Assembly (NCBI GenBank): GCA_963846795.1
Contig: CAWJXJ010000010.1
Coordinates: 35,673-99,672, forward strand
DNA length: 64,000 nt
DNA from: an uncultured Acidobacteriaceae bacterium
GTDB taxonomy: Bacteria > Acidobacteriota > Terriglobia > Terriglobales > Acidobacteriaceae
Reading direction: 5' to 3'
The notes beneath the pieces are model-generated. The model saw only the letters and a list, made by a program, of their open reading frames with translations, had not been told where the DNA came from and made no database searches. The stretch's first letter is position 1, and the number at the start of each line of letters is the position of its first letter. The position numbers and the translations under genes are program-made. Below, in pieces: positions 37,121-47,536 of this stretch.

Positions 37121-40100
37121 TCACGCCACAAAATACTTCGCTGCGGGATGGTGTACCACAATGGCGGACGTGCTTTGCTCGGGATCGAGCAGGTACCCCG
37201 TTGTCAGATGTACACCGATCGCCTCATCCGGATGGAGCAGCGCGAAAAGCTTCGTCTGGTCTTCGAGACTCGGGCACGCGGGATAACCGAATGAATAGCG
37301 CGAGCCGCGATACTTCTGGTGGAACAAATCGCGGATATGCGACGAATCGTCGCCAGCGATGCCGAGTTCTTCCCGCACCCGCTTGTGGTTCAGCTCGGCC
37401 AGCGCCTCGGCAGTCTCGACGCTCAGCCCGTGCAGGTAGAGATACTTCGTATACTCGCCGCCTTCGAAGAGTTTCTGCGTTTCATGCGAAGCCTGCGCAC
37501 CGATGGTGACGCAGGTCATGCCCAGCACGTCCATCTGGCCGCTGGATTTCTTGAGGAAGAAGTCGGAGATGCACAGGCCTCTTCCCTCTCGCTGGCGTGG
37601 GAAGGTGAAGCGCAGTGCCTCTGCCGGAGCAGCGTCGCCCTGCTTCCAGCCTTCTGGCAGGTTGTAGACGATGACGTCGTTGCCTTCGCCCTGCGCGCCG
37701 AAGTAGCCGTTCACGACTTTCGGCTCGAACCAGCCAGCGACGATGACTTCTTCTTCCAGCTCTTTCAGGATCGGCCGGTACTTCTCCGCGATCAGGCGCG
37801 CGTAGTCTTCCTGCGACGCGGTCTTGAGCTGCCACTGGTTCTTGAACAGCGCGGTCTCGTTGATGTACTGGAAGACTTCGTGCAAATCGAAGTCCTTCAC
37901 CACGCGTGTTCCCCAGAACGGCGGGTGCGGAATATTCGGCGCCGCTGGAATTTCGATGTTGGGACTTGTTCCGCCACCACCATCGCCCGCTCCGGCGACA
38001 GCCGCGCGAGCGAATTCTTTGACCTGCTTGCCTTCGGCGATGCGCTTCTCGCGCGCGCCATTCGGCGACGCAAGGTCTTCCATGATGTGCAGACCCGCGA
38101 AGGCATCATCGGCGTAAAAGATTCCGCCGGTGTATTCGCGGCGAAGGTCGTCTTCCACATACTTACGCGTGAGCGCCGCACCGCCGCAGATGACCGGGAA
38201 CTCAAGCTTCTGATGATGCAGGTCCTGCACCACGTACTTCATCTCGAGCGTGGACTTCACCAGCAGTCCGCTCAGTCCGATGGCGTCGGCCTTGTGCTCG
38301 ATGGCGGCGTTTATGATGGTGTCGGACGGCTGCTTGATGCCGAGGTTCACCACGCGATAGCCATTGTTGGTAAGGATGATGTCCACCAGGTTCTTGCCAA
38401 TGTCGTGGACGTCGCCCTTCACCGTGGCCAGCACGATGGTGGCTTTCTGGCTGCCCTCTTTCTTCTCCATCTTCGGCTCGAGATACGCGACCGCGGCCTT
38501 CATCACGCCGGCCGAGTCGAGTACCGAAGGAAGCTGCATCTTGCGCGCGCCAAACAGGTCGCCGACCGTGCGCATGCCGTCGAGCAGGACGTTGTTAATA
38601 ATGTCGAGCGGCGTGTAGGTCTCGAGCGCGGTCTCCAGCAGTTGGTCGAGCGTCTGCTTGTGCTCGCCGTCGCCAATCTGCTTTTCGCCGTTGATGATGA
38701 CCCACTTCAGCTTGTCTTCAATCGACAGCGTATCGACATGCGCGGTGGTCTTCTCTTCTTTACCCGTGGTGCCGGCAAAATACTTCATGTAGAACTGCAG
38801 TGGATCCCCGTTCGAGCGGTCCTGGAAGATGAGCTTGCGCGCCACATCGACTTCGGCCTCGGGAATCTTGTACAGCGGATAAATCTTGCTGTAGTTCACG
38901 ATGGCCATGTCGAGCCCGTTCTCGACCGCCTCGTGCAAGAAGACGCTGTTCAGCACCCGCCGCGCATAGGTGTTCAGACCGAAGGAAATGTTGCTGACGC
39001 CCAGCACAGTCTTCGCCAGCGGCATCTCCTGCTTGATCGCCTTCACCGCCTTCAGCGTTTCCATGCCGGCGGTGCGATAGTCTTCCTGTCCGGTCGAGAT
39101 CGGCAGCGTCAGCGCGTCGAAGATGAGATCGACAGGGCGAATGCCATACTTGTTCACCGCGAGATCGTAGATGCGTTTGGCAATGGCCAGCTTCTTCTCC
39201 GCCGTGAGCGCCATGCCGTCTTCGTCGATGGTCAGCGCGATTACGGCGGCCCCATAACGCTTCGCCATCGGCAGAACTTTCGAGGTGCGCTTCTCGCCGT
39301 CTTCCAGATTGATCGAGTTGATAATCGCCTTGCCGGGAATACGCTTCAGCGCTTCTTCGACTACGTCGGCCTCGGTCGAGTCGACCAGGATCGGCGCGGG
39401 CACGCGCGTGGCAATCTTCTCCAGGATGGCGCTGATGTAACCCTTCTCGTCCTCGCCCACGATGGCGCAGCATAGGTCGAGCATGTGCGAGCCTTCGTTC
39501 ACCAGCTTCTTGGCCAGCGTCAGGATCGCGTCGTAGTTCTGGGTGCGCACCATGTTCTTGAAGTGCTCGACGCGCGTGGTGGTATTCATCTCCTCGGCGA
39601 TCACCAGCGGCTTGGGATCGAGCTCAAGCGGAACCATCGAATACGCGCTCGCCGCCGCTCCGATGATCTTCGGATCACGTGCCTCAGGTTCGAGATTCGC
39701 GCAGGCATCGACGACAGCCTTCAGGTGCTCGGGCCGTGTGCCGCAGCAGCCGCCGACGACGCGCACGCCGTACTCGGTGATGAACTGCTTGTGATAGTGC
39801 GCCAGATCTTCTGGCGTGAGCTTGTACATCGCAACGCCGCCAACGTTCTCTGGCAGGCCCGCGTTCGGCAGAACCGACACCGGCTTGGGCGAATTCAGCC
39901 CCAGGTAGCGGACGCCGTCGTTCATCTCCTTGGGCCCGGTAGCGCAATTCATGCCGATAACGGCCACGTCAAACATCTCCAGCGTGGTGAGCGCCGCACC
40001 GATTTCGGTGCCCAGCAGCATTGTCCCCGTGGCCTCAAGTGTTACTTGAACTTGTACCGGGATCTGCTTCCCTGCCTGCTTCAACGCGTCGAAGATGCCG

Positions 40101-40609
40101 ACCAGCCCGGCCTTGGCCTGAAGAATGTCCTGGCAGGTCTCAAGCAGCAGAACATCCACGTCGCCTTCGATCAACGCGAGCGCCTGCTCGGTGTAGGCCG
40201 AGACCATATCGTCCCACTTGATGTGGCCTAGCGAGGGCAGCTTGGTGGTCGGACCCATCGATCCCGCGACAAAACGCTTCCGGCCATTCACCGAGAAACT
40301 GGAGGCGACTTCGCGCGCGAGCTTCGCAGCGGCCAAATTTACCTCGTGGACATCGTCTTCCATCTGATACTCGGCCATCACGATCCGCGTGGAGTTGAAA
40401 GTATTCGTCTCCACCACGTCGCAGCCGACCTTGAAAAACGCCGAATGAATGTCGGCGATCAGGTCAGGCCGGCTCAGTACAAGGATGTCGTTGTAGCCTT
40501 CTTTGCCGCGGAAATCGTCAATCGACGGGTTGCGAAGCTGGATGTTCGTGCCCATCGCACCGTCAAAGATGACGACGCGCTCTTGAATCGCTTTGAGATA
40601 TTCGCTCAT
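37121..40609 (-). CDS. metH: Cobalamin-dependent methionine synthase.
   Basis: 1162 aa. Hcy-binding, pterin-binding, B12-binding (GDVHDIGKNLV) and AdoMet-activation regions are all recognisable. Confidence 0.95.
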   Translation of the reverse strand: MSEYLKAIQERVVIFDGAMGTNIQLRNPSIDDFRGKEGYNDILVLSRPDLIADIHSAFFKVGCDVVETNTFNSTRIVMAEYQMEDDVHEVNLAAAKLAREVASSFSVNGRKRFVAGSMGPTTKLPSLGHIKWDDMVSAYTEQALALIEGDVDVLLLETCQDILQAKAGLVGIFDALKQAGKQIPVQVQVTLEATGTMLLGTEIGAALTTLEMFDVAVIGMNCATGPKEMNDGVRYLGLNSPKPVSVLPNAGLPENVGGVAMYKLTPEDLAHYHKQFITEYGVRVVGGCCGTRPEHLKAVVDACANLEPEARDPKIIGAAASAYSMVPLELDPKPLVIAEEMNTTTRVEHFKNMVRTQNYDAILTLAKKLVNEGSHMLDLCCAIVGEDEKGYISAILEKIATRVPAPILVDSTEADVVEEALKRIPGKAIINSINLEDGEKRTSKVLPMAKRYGAAVIALTIDEDGMALTAEKKLAIAKRIYDLAVNKYGIRPVDLIFDALTLPISTGQEDYRTAGMETLKAVKAIKQEMPLAKTVLGVSNISFGLNTYARRVLNSVFLHEAVENGLDMAIVNYSKIYPLYKIPEAEVDVARKLIFQDRSNGDPLQFYMKYFAGTTGKEEKTTAHVDTLSIEDKLKWVIINGEKQIGDGEHKQTLDQLLETALETYTPLDIINNVLLDGMRTVGDLFGARKMQLPSVLDSAGVMKAAVAYLEPKMEKKEGSQKATIVLATVKGDVHDIGKNLVDIILTNNGYRVVNLGIKQPSDTIINAAIEHKADAIGLSGLLVKSTLEMKYVVQDLHHQKLEFPVICGGAALTRKYVEDDLRREYTGGIFYADDAFAGLHIMEDLASPNGAREKRIAEGKQVKEFARAAVAGAGDGGGGTSPNIEIPAAPNIPHPPFWGTRVVKDFDLHEVFQYINETALFKNQWQLKTASQEDYARLIAEKYRPILKELEEEVIVAGWFEPKVVNGYFGAQGEGNDVIVYNLPEGWKQGDAAPAEALRFTFPRQREGRGLCISDFFLKKSSGQMDVLGMTCVTIGAQASHETQKLFEGGEYTKYLYLHGLSVETAEALAELNHKRVREELGIAGDDSSHIRDLFHQKYRGSRYSFGYPACPSLEDQTKLFALLHPDEAIGVHLTTGYLLDPEQSTSAIVVHHPAAKYFVA

Positions 40610-40941
40610 GCAGGTTCACTTAGTATGGCAGATTCAGCGCCTTACAACGAGTCGCGAAGGGCATGCTCCATTCGATGTTTATACGTCACTCTTCGCACTT
40701 CGCTCTTCGCCTTTCGCTGTTCACTTCCAGAGGTACTGCGCGAAGACGCAGAGCGCCAATTCCCAAAATGGCACTCGCTGTATGAATTTCGAAGCCTTGA
40801 GCGCGCTTTCTGCTTTTTCCCATAGCTGGTGCGGAATAAGCTTGGCTCGTACGGCTTGGTTCCCTTCCTTAAAGCAGCTTTTTTCCGCGCCCTTTGTATT
40901 TCACTGGCTGCTCGCCCGGGCAGTCATCGAAGGAGAAAATC

Positions 40942-41700
40942 ATGAAAGGGTTAATCTTTGCACTTCTACTGGTTCTTGCTACCACGGCGCTGTGGGCTGA
41001 CTGCCCCACCTGCTACTTCTATAGCGGCGACTTCGGCTACGTGGCTTCTCCGACAGCCCGCGGGTATCTGAACCCTGATGGCTTGGCGAATGAGAACGAT
41101 GCCATAGTCGGCGGCGACCCTTACGGAGCCGCCACTTATCAAAACTTTGTCGTGAACGGAGGTATTACTGTCACCGGGCTATTCACCAACAACCTAAGCG
41201 GCCTCAATCCATCCACCGGTTACTGGGAAATTCGCTCCGGCGTGTCGGAGGGCAATGGAGGCACCTTGATCGCTTCCGGCACCGGCGCGATGATGCAGAC
41301 TCCTACTGGGCGCAGCGCCTATGGCTACACCGAATATCAAGACCTCGTGTCGGGCTTGAGCGTCAATCTCACTCCCGACACCTACTGGTTCTCAGTAGTG
41401 CCCAACGACGTCAACAACGCCAACCGCTCGTTCAACAGCAATACGACCGGATGGAATTCGGTCGGCACCGAAATCACTAATGAGCAGTACTTCAACTCCG
41501 CGTTCTTTGGAGCGGACTTCACTAATGCTCTTAACGAGGGGCCGGACTATCCGAGGTTTTCCAGCGGGGTATTCGCCGGGAGCGATCAGTCCGCCGGACA
41601 GACTGTGCCTGCCGTTCCTGAGCCCGCCAGCCTCGTGCTGCTTGGCTCGGGTCTGATGGGCGCTGCGGTCGCGATGCGGCGGCGCTTGACTCGGCAATAA
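40942..41700 (+). CDS. PEP-CTERM sorting-domain secreted protein.
   Basis: Signal peptide MKGLIFALLLVLATTALWA. C-terminal VPEPASLVLLGSGLMGAAVAMRRR. Confidence 0.85.
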   Translation: MKGLIFALLLVLATTALWADCPTCYFYSGDFGYVASPTARGYLNPDGLANENDAIVGGDPYGAATYQNFVVNGGITVTGLFTNNLSGLNPSTGYWEIRSGVSEGNGGTLIASGTGAMMQTPTGRSAYGYTEYQDLVSGLSVNLTPDTYWFSVVPNDVNNANRSFNSNTTGWNSVGTEITNEQYFNSAFFGADFTNALNEGPDYPRFSSGVFAGSDQSAGQTVPAVPEPASLVLLGSGLMGAAVAMRRRLTRQ

Positions 41701-41751
41701 ACAGTCGCTCAAAGCGTTGCCGAAGCGGTGGCACTACAATCGGGAGGTCGA

Positions 41752-42060
41752 TCAACCTATTACCACTACCTTGTAAATCAGCAGCACAATGATCGTGGCC
41801 GCAGCAGTGAGCGCCGCGACGCGTGGCTTGCGCCAGAACAGCAGAACCACCGTTATGAGGCACAGCACCGTATTGATGAGCAGTCCTCCAATATATGGCT
41901 CATAACGGACGAGCGCCTCGGTCGCCCCGTAATAGTGCCGCAAACGGTAGAACTCGGCGATGGTGCGGATCAGGATGGCGAGCTGCACGATCACCCCTAC
42001 CCGTGCCCAATGTTCGGGAGTAAGGCCCCGCCAGGTCGAGGATGTCTTGTTATCGATCAC
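41752..42060 (-). CDS. Small membrane protein (hypothetical).
   Basis: 102 aa with three hydrophobic segments. Confidence 0.4.
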   Translation of the reverse strand: MIDNKTSSTWRGLTPEHWARVGVIVQLAILIRTIAEFYRLRHYYGATEALVRYEPYIGGLLINTVLCLITVVLLFWRKPRVAALTAAATIIVLLIYKVVVIG

Positions 42061-42252
42061 AAGAGGTCCCAGAATGCCGCGCGTCGCAGCGGAACTGCAG
42101 GTCCTTCGACTGCGCTCTTAGCCTTTGGCGAATCGCTTGGCTCACACTCATACAGGTTCATCCTCCATGTACTCTGTGTCTCCGTGGTGAACTCTTCCTT
42201 CGCAAACGAAAAGGCACAGCCGCAGCCGTGCCCGAAAACATCTCCAAACCGA

Positions 42253-42786
42253 TTAGTGTTTCGGAACCGATCGGCCCGTGGGATCTCCCTGACCCGCGCC
42301 TTCAATGTTGAACACCGCATTGGCGCCGATATGCGCGGGCACGCCGGCGAGCAATTGCTCTTTGCGATACACCAGACTGCTGGCATTGAACGTAGCCAAC
42401 TCGAAGCCGTGTCCGTGAGTGATGGCGTCGGTGGGGCAGGCCTCGACGCAGTAGCCGCAGAAGATGCAGCGGTTGTAATCGATGTTGTAGACCTTGGCGT
42501 AACGCTCGGCGCCGCTCACGCGATGGGTCGCAGTATTCTCGGCCGCTTCGATGTAAATGCAATTCGAAGGGCAGGCCGCAGCGCACAGGAAGCACGCAAC
42601 GCATTTCTCCAATCCGTTCTCATCGCGCTGCAACACGTGCATGCCGCGAAAACGCTCCTGAAACACTGCCCCGCGTAAAGGGCCGGGGCCATCGGGATAG
42701 TTCTCCACAATCGTCGGCCGGAACATCTCGCGGAAGGTGATGCTCATGCCCTTGGCGATGGCTGCGATGTTCTTGACAATGCCCAT
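42253..42786 (-). CDS. nuoI: NADH-quinone oxidoreductase subunit I (2x[4Fe-4S]).
   Basis: CVACFLCAAACP and CIFCGYCVEACP. N-terminal MGIVKNIAAIAKGMSITFREMF. No other nuo genes are adjacent. Confidence 0.85.
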   Translation of the reverse strand: MGIVKNIAAIAKGMSITFREMFRPTIVENYPDGPGPLRGAVFQERFRGMHVLQRDENGLEKCVACFLCAAACPSNCIYIEAAENTATHRVSGAERYAKVYNIDYNRCIFCGYCVEACPTDAITHGHGFELATFNASSLVYRKEQLLAGVPAHIGANAVFNIEGAGQGDPTGRSVPKH

Positions 42787-42979
42787 TTCTTAGTCAGTAT
42801 AACAAGGCCGTCAGTATAACAAGGCCACTCTAAATCAGAGTCGCCGGTTGACCAGGTTTTCGGAACCAAGTCATAGCGCCCTGCGTACCACGCTGCGACG
42901 GCGCCCAGGGCAGGCTGTCCCTTCGCAGGATCGCAGGGGCCTTGATGTCCAGAACACATAACAATCGCCGAGGAGGCCA

Positions 42980-43729
42980 ATGATGCCAGACCGAAGCGTT
43001 GAAGCATCGCCGCAAATATACGCGCGAATTGGCGGGTTCCTTTACCTACTGATCATCATGATTGGTTTGTGGGGCGAAGCTTTCGTCCGCGGCAAGCTGA
43101 TCGTCTCCGGCGACGCCATTCGGACTGCCGCTAACATTCTGGCGCATGAATCGTTGTGGCGCGCTCACATTGCCGGTGAACTGGTACTGCTGATCTGCGG
43201 CGTCGGCCTGTTGATGAGCGAGTACCTGATATTGCGGCCAGTCAGCCGCGAAATTGCTCTCCTGATGGCGTTTTTCGGAATGATGTCGATCACCACCGAG
43301 GCCGCAATCACCATGTATCTCATTCAGCCGTTGTTTCCGCTGGGCAACGATGCTTATCTAAAGGCTTTCACCCCCGAGCAGCTTGCAACACTCGCCAGAA
43401 TATCGTTGCGTGCGCATGGTTATGGCTTCGGCCTCAGCCTGGTCTTTTTTGGCTGTTTCTGCATCGTGATCGGATATCTCATTTTTCGCTCGGGATATCT
43501 ACCAAAGCTGATCGGCACGCTCATGGCGATTGCGGGCATTTGCTACCTGATCAACAGCTTCGCACTCATTCTGTCGCCAAGCGTGGCCGACCGGCTGTAT
43601 CCCACGATCCTCATTCCATCGTTCCTCGGCGAGCTGTCATTCTGCCTGTGGCTTCTGATCATGGGCGTCAATGTCCGCAGGTGGAAAGAACGCCTCGCGG
43701 GCGGACGGCTCGCCCTGGCCGCCCACTAG
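42980..43729 (+). CDS. DUF4386-like polytopic membrane protein.
   Basis: IYARIGGFLYLLIIMIGLWGEAFVRGKLIV... pattern, assigned from memory of the family. Confidence 0.55.
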   Translation: MMPDRSVEASPQIYARIGGFLYLLIIMIGLWGEAFVRGKLIVSGDAIRTAANILAHESLWRAHIAGELVLLICGVGLLMSEYLILRPVSREIALLMAFFGMMSITTEAAITMYLIQPLFPLGNDAYLKAFTPEQLATLARISLRAHGYGFGLSLVFFGCFCIVIGYLIFRSGYLPKLIGTLMAIAGICYLINSFALILSPSVADRLYPTILIPSFLGELSFCLWLLIMGVNVRRWKERLAGGRLALAAH

Positions 43730-43748
43730 CTCTGGGAGGGATGCTCAC

Positions 43749-44705
43749 ATGCGGACACGGTTATGGCTGGGCACTCTGGTACTGATGATGGTGGCTGCGA
43801 TCGCCACCGCCCAGCCACAAATCAGCGTATACGTGAATCTCGTCAATGTTGGTTTCTCGGCGCGCGATGCCCGGGGAAAGCTCGTGCAGAGCCTGACACG
43901 GGATGACATTGAGCTGTTGGAAGATGCCGTTCCGCAGAAAATCGAGTTCTTCGCCCGGGGCACCGACCTGCCCCTGACGCTTGGCCTGATCATCGATGAT
44001 AGCGGCAGCCAGGATCATTTCGGCAAACAACATAAGAAGGACCTGGAGATCTTCCTCAGACAAGTTTTGCGCCCGCAGGACCGCGTGTTCCTGCTCTGCT
44101 TCGGAAACCATCTGCGGCTGGTGAGCGACTACACCAATTCGCCGGACCAGATCCTCGAAAGCTACACGCGCTACGAGAAAAGCTCGAAAGGCTTTCCCGA
44201 GATAGGACCGCATGAAGACAGGGATCTCGGCACGGCATTTTATGACTCCCTCTACTACAGCGTGAGCGAAAAGCTGGCGCAGGCCGAGGGACGCAAGGCC
44301 ATCCTCATGTTCAGCGACGGCGAAGACAATTCCAGCGCGCACGATATGATGACGACGATCGAAACTGCGCAGGCCGCGAACGTTCCCGTTTACGCGATTC
44401 GCTATACGGAGACCAAACACGGGAAGCTCACGGCGCGCAACAAATACGGCATCAGCGTGATGGACCGCATCGCGAAGGAGACTGGCGGACTGCACATCAA
44501 CGCCGAACGTACGGCCCCGGACGAATACTTCCAGCAGATCGCAGAAGAGTTGCGCTCGTCTTACGATGTGGGATACTACTCGACCAACAAAGTAAAGGAC
44601 GATACCTTTCGCAAGATCGCCATCCGGACGAAATTGGAAGGCGTGACCATTCGGTCGAAGACGGGCTATTTCGCAAGTGCGCCGGCGAGTGCGGAGCAGC
44701 GCTGA
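43749..44705 (+). CDS. VWA-domain protein (acidobacterial TIGR03436-like).
   Basis: Signal peptide; VYVNLVNVGFSARD; MIDAS-like LIIDDSGSQ. Confidence 0.8.
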   Translation: MRTRLWLGTLVLMMVAAIATAQPQISVYVNLVNVGFSARDARGKLVQSLTRDDIELLEDAVPQKIEFFARGTDLPLTLGLIIDDSGSQDHFGKQHKKDLEIFLRQVLRPQDRVFLLCFGNHLRLVSDYTNSPDQILESYTRYEKSSKGFPEIGPHEDRDLGTAFYDSLYYSVSEKLAQAEGRKAILMFSDGEDNSSAHDMMTTIETAQAANVPVYAIRYTETKHGKLTARNKYGISVMDRIAKETGGLHINAERTAPDEYFQQIAEELRSSYDVGYYSTNKVKDDTFRKIAIRTKLEGVTIRSKTGYFASAPASAEQR

Positions 44706-44751
44706 TCCGTGAACGCTTGTCCTTCCACTCTCCACTGAAATTGGGTTCCAT

Positions 44752-45285
44752 TTAAGCGGTGTGAATCTGCGAGTGCTTGCTCTTCTTCTGGCACCCTTCG
44801 CAAATACCATAGATCTGAAACGTGTGCCGTGTGGTGGCGTAATGATTGGCGCGGCCGATCTCCTGCTCCACGCGTTCAATTTCAGGTGAAAAGAATTCTA
44901 CCGAGCGGCCGCACTCGGTACACACCATGTGATGGTGATTGCGCCGGTTGTATACCGCTTCGTAGCGCGTGATGCCATCGTTGAATGCGACCTCGCTGGC
45001 CAGCCCACATTCAGCCAGCAACTTCAGGGTGCGATATACCGTAGTGAAACCAATCGTGTCGTCTTTCTTCTTGACCAGCCGGTAAAGTTCATCGGTCGAG
45101 AGGTGCTCGCGTGTATCAAGAAAGGCGCGCACGATGATGTCTCGCTGGGCAGTCCGCTTCAGGCCGACGCGACGCAAATGGTTCTGAAATATGGATTGCG
45201 CCTCGCGAGCCTTCTCGCGCGAGATAGCTGGGTGATCGTCCACCCTGCTCTGTAACGCAGACTTGCTGGTCCGTTTGCCCGGCAT
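44752..45285 (-). CDS. fur: Fur-family metal-responsive regulator.
   Basis: KRTAQRDIIVRAFLDTREHLSTDELY, HHHMVCTECG, ICEGC. Start taken at MPGKRT. Confidence 0.8.
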   Translation of the reverse strand: MPGKRTSKSALQSRVDDHPAISREKAREAQSIFQNHLRRVGLKRTAQRDIIVRAFLDTREHLSTDELYRLVKKKDDTIGFTTVYRTLKLLAECGLASEVAFNDGITRYEAVYNRRNHHHMVCTECGRSVEFFSPEIERVEQEIGRANHYATTRHTFQIYGICEGCQKKSKHSQIHTA

Positions 45286-45484
45286 AAATTTACGACGCGG
45301 AGAAGACGCCAACAGCATAGCACCGCAAGAGGCTGGCTTGATCCGGATTACGAATGTACTCAGTGCAGCAGCGGGGGTTGTGCATTCCGGCGGAGCGGAG
45401 TCATCCAAATACGGAACGACCCGCGCCGCCACGCATCCGCTGGCGCGAGGGCCTAGCCATTCCCAACCTCCACAGGCCCCGTAG

Positions 45485-46180
45485 GGCCGACTCAGCTTAG
45501 CCCAGTGCGCAGCGAAGCGGAGCGCTGGGTAGGGGCAGGATGACCATCGGAGCCCCAGCGGGGCTCCAAGGATTTACAGAACTCACCCAAATACGAATCG
45601 CGGATCGTATTCGAGTCCAGACTTCTTCAACAGCGTTAGAAACTCCTGCTCGAAGCTCCACGTCTTATGATGTTCCGCTTGTCCATCGATGTAATCGATA
45701 ACTACCTGGCGTTGCGATTGCGAAACGCTAAAGGCACCATAGCCCTCCTGCCATGAGAATCTGCATCCATGTTCGCCGATCCAGCGGGAACTGTGCGCCT
45801 TCAGGTCGCGCAATCCTGTCGAAAGGCACATGGCTGGAGAAATTCCGAGAAGAAGATGTACGTGATTCGTTGTACCGCCCGCAGCCATCAACAGTAGCTT
45901 CTTATCTCGAGCAACAACCCCCAAGTAGCGCCAGAGGGCCTCGGGATCCGGAATGTTGTCAGTCCGCCCCTTCGTGCTAAAGACGCAATGGACCAACATG
46001 GAGGAATAGGTGTGGGACATGCTTGCAGGGTACGGGAAGCGCCCATTGCGTTCGGTGATATCTGGCACAGTCCGGTGCTCAGCAAATCGCTCAGCGTAAG
46101 AGCCCCTACCGGGGCTCTGATTCATTGGCTACCTTACCCAGCGCTCCGCTTCGCTACGCGCTGGGCTAAGCTAAGTCGCC
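45485..46180. mobile_element. RayT (REP-associated tyrosine transposase) unit flanked by inverted REPs.
   Basis: Left REP 45485-45531 is the reverse complement of right REP 46135-46180 (TACCCAGCGCTCCGCTTCGCT.CGC.CTGGGCTAAGCT.AGTCG). Inner GC hairpins lie at 45549-45567 and 46099-46118. Confidence 0.8.
45583..46020 (-). CDS. rayT: IS200/IS605-like Y1 transposase of the REP-associated (RayT) type.
   Basis: MSHTYSSMLVHCVFSTKGR...NHVHLLLGI...SSRWI...WQEGYGAFSVS (HUH and Tyr regions). Confidence 0.85.
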   Translation of the reverse strand: MSHTYSSMLVHCVFSTKGRTDNIPDPEALWRYLGVVARDKKLLLMAAGGTTNHVHLLLGISPAMCLSTGLRDLKAHSSRWIGEHGCRFSWQEGYGAFSVSQSQRQVVIDYIDGQAEHHKTWSFEQEFLTLLKKSGLEYDPRFVFG

Positions 46181-46279
46181 CCTTCGGGGCTGTCGTAATC
46201 AAGCCCGTAACGCGATCCTTGCAGGCCGACAAGATGTTCTACCCAGGTTCTGCGCCAGCGTGGTGTCGCTTGGGATAAT

Positions 46280-47536
46280 CTACTCCGATCCGGGCGCCCG
46301 CTTCAGCGTCGGGCGATCCGGGTCGTCGCTGGTTTGGCTGGACGAGGAGTCGCTCCCCGGATTCGGCTGTGTGCTGCTAGTCTCGGTGCGCTTGAGCAAT
46401 ACCGGCCGGTGGCTGTCGGCGCCGCCGAGTTGCTGCTTCATTTCGAGTCCCAGCAGCCGCGCCTTCACCTGATCGAACTCGCTGGTATCCACAATGTAGC
46501 TTTCGCGATCGGGAAGGTACTGACGAATCTCATTCTGCGCCGCCGTCACCCGATCGGCGTTCATCGGATGCGTGGAGAACATTTTTGCCAGCTTGTTGTG
46601 TTTGGTCTTTTCCTCTACGTTCAGCTTTTCAAAAAATTGTACGAATGCTTGTGGATCGTAACCGGCGGCATAGTCGTACTCGAGTCCCAGCAGGTCGGCT
46701 TCACGCTCGGCATCGCGCGAGAATTTCAGGAATGTCATGGGCACGGCAATGCTGGCAATTTCAGCGATGGCGTATCCCGCGGGGCCACCGACAAACATCA
46801 AGGGAATCGAAGCCAGATTCCATATATCCGACTTGGTCATGTTCTTGGTGGCGTGTCGCGCCGCCACATGCGCGATCTCATGCGCCATCACGGCAGCCAG
46901 CTCGGCTTCGTTGTCGGCAGCCAGGATAAGCCCGCTGTCAACGTAGAAGAAGCCGCCGGGCAGCGCGAAGGCGTTGACCTCTTCGTTGTCGAGCACCTTG
47001 ATGGTGAAGGGCACCCGCGCGTCGGAGTTGCGCACCAGGTTCTGACCGATGCGATTGACGTATTCGGTGACGACGGGATCGCTGACTAGTTTCGAGGTGG
47101 CTTCAACTTGTTTGGAAAGATCGCGTCCCAGCGCTACCTCGCGATCCAGTGAATAGAAGTTCAAGCCCCCGGCGACTTCGCGTTGTCCGATGAGGCGAAC
47201 ATCGTACTTCGGCTTCAGCGGCTCAGCCGGGGCGACGCTCGGGCTGGGCACCATCGACTTCGCCGCAGTGGGCGGCGGGGCTGGCACGGGCTCGTCGGCA
47301 ACGCTAGTGGGTATTATCGTCTGCGGAGCATCGGGTGGCAGCGCAGTATCGGGCGGCAGAGAAACGGTCTGCAGCTTCAGGGCGCCCACCTGTTGAGCAA
47401 TCGAATCACCAGCTGTCGCGGCAGGTATGCGCTGCGCTAATAGTGCGGCCGGTAATAGCAGCGCAAAGAAGCAGACACAAGAGAACCATCTGGAGCCGTG
47501 GGGATTCATGGACCGAGCGCTGTGGAGGAGCTGCAC
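46280..47536 (-). CDS. M48-family Zn metalloprotease, secreted.
   Basis: VMAHEIAHVAARH, a signal peptide and a Pro-rich linker. Confidence 0.85.
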   Translation of the reverse strand: MQLLHSARSMNPHGSRWFSCVCFFALLLPAALLAQRIPAATAGDSIAQQVGALKLQTVSLPPDTALPPDAPQTIIPTSVADEPVPAPPPTAAKSMVPSPSVAPAEPLKPKYDVRLIGQREVAGGLNFYSLDREVALGRDLSKQVEATSKLVSDPVVTEYVNRIGQNLVRNSDARVPFTIKVLDNEEVNAFALPGGFFYVDSGLILAADNEAELAAVMAHEIAHVAARHATKNMTKSDIWNLASIPLMFVGGPAGYAIAEIASIAVPMTFLKFSRDAEREADLLGLEYDYAAGYDPQAFVQFFEKLNVEEKTKHNKLAKMFSTHPMNADRVTAAQNEIRQYLPDRESYIVDTSEFDQVKARLLGLEMKQQLGGADSHRPVLLKRTETSSTQPNPGSDSSSSQTSDDPDRPTLKRAPGSE

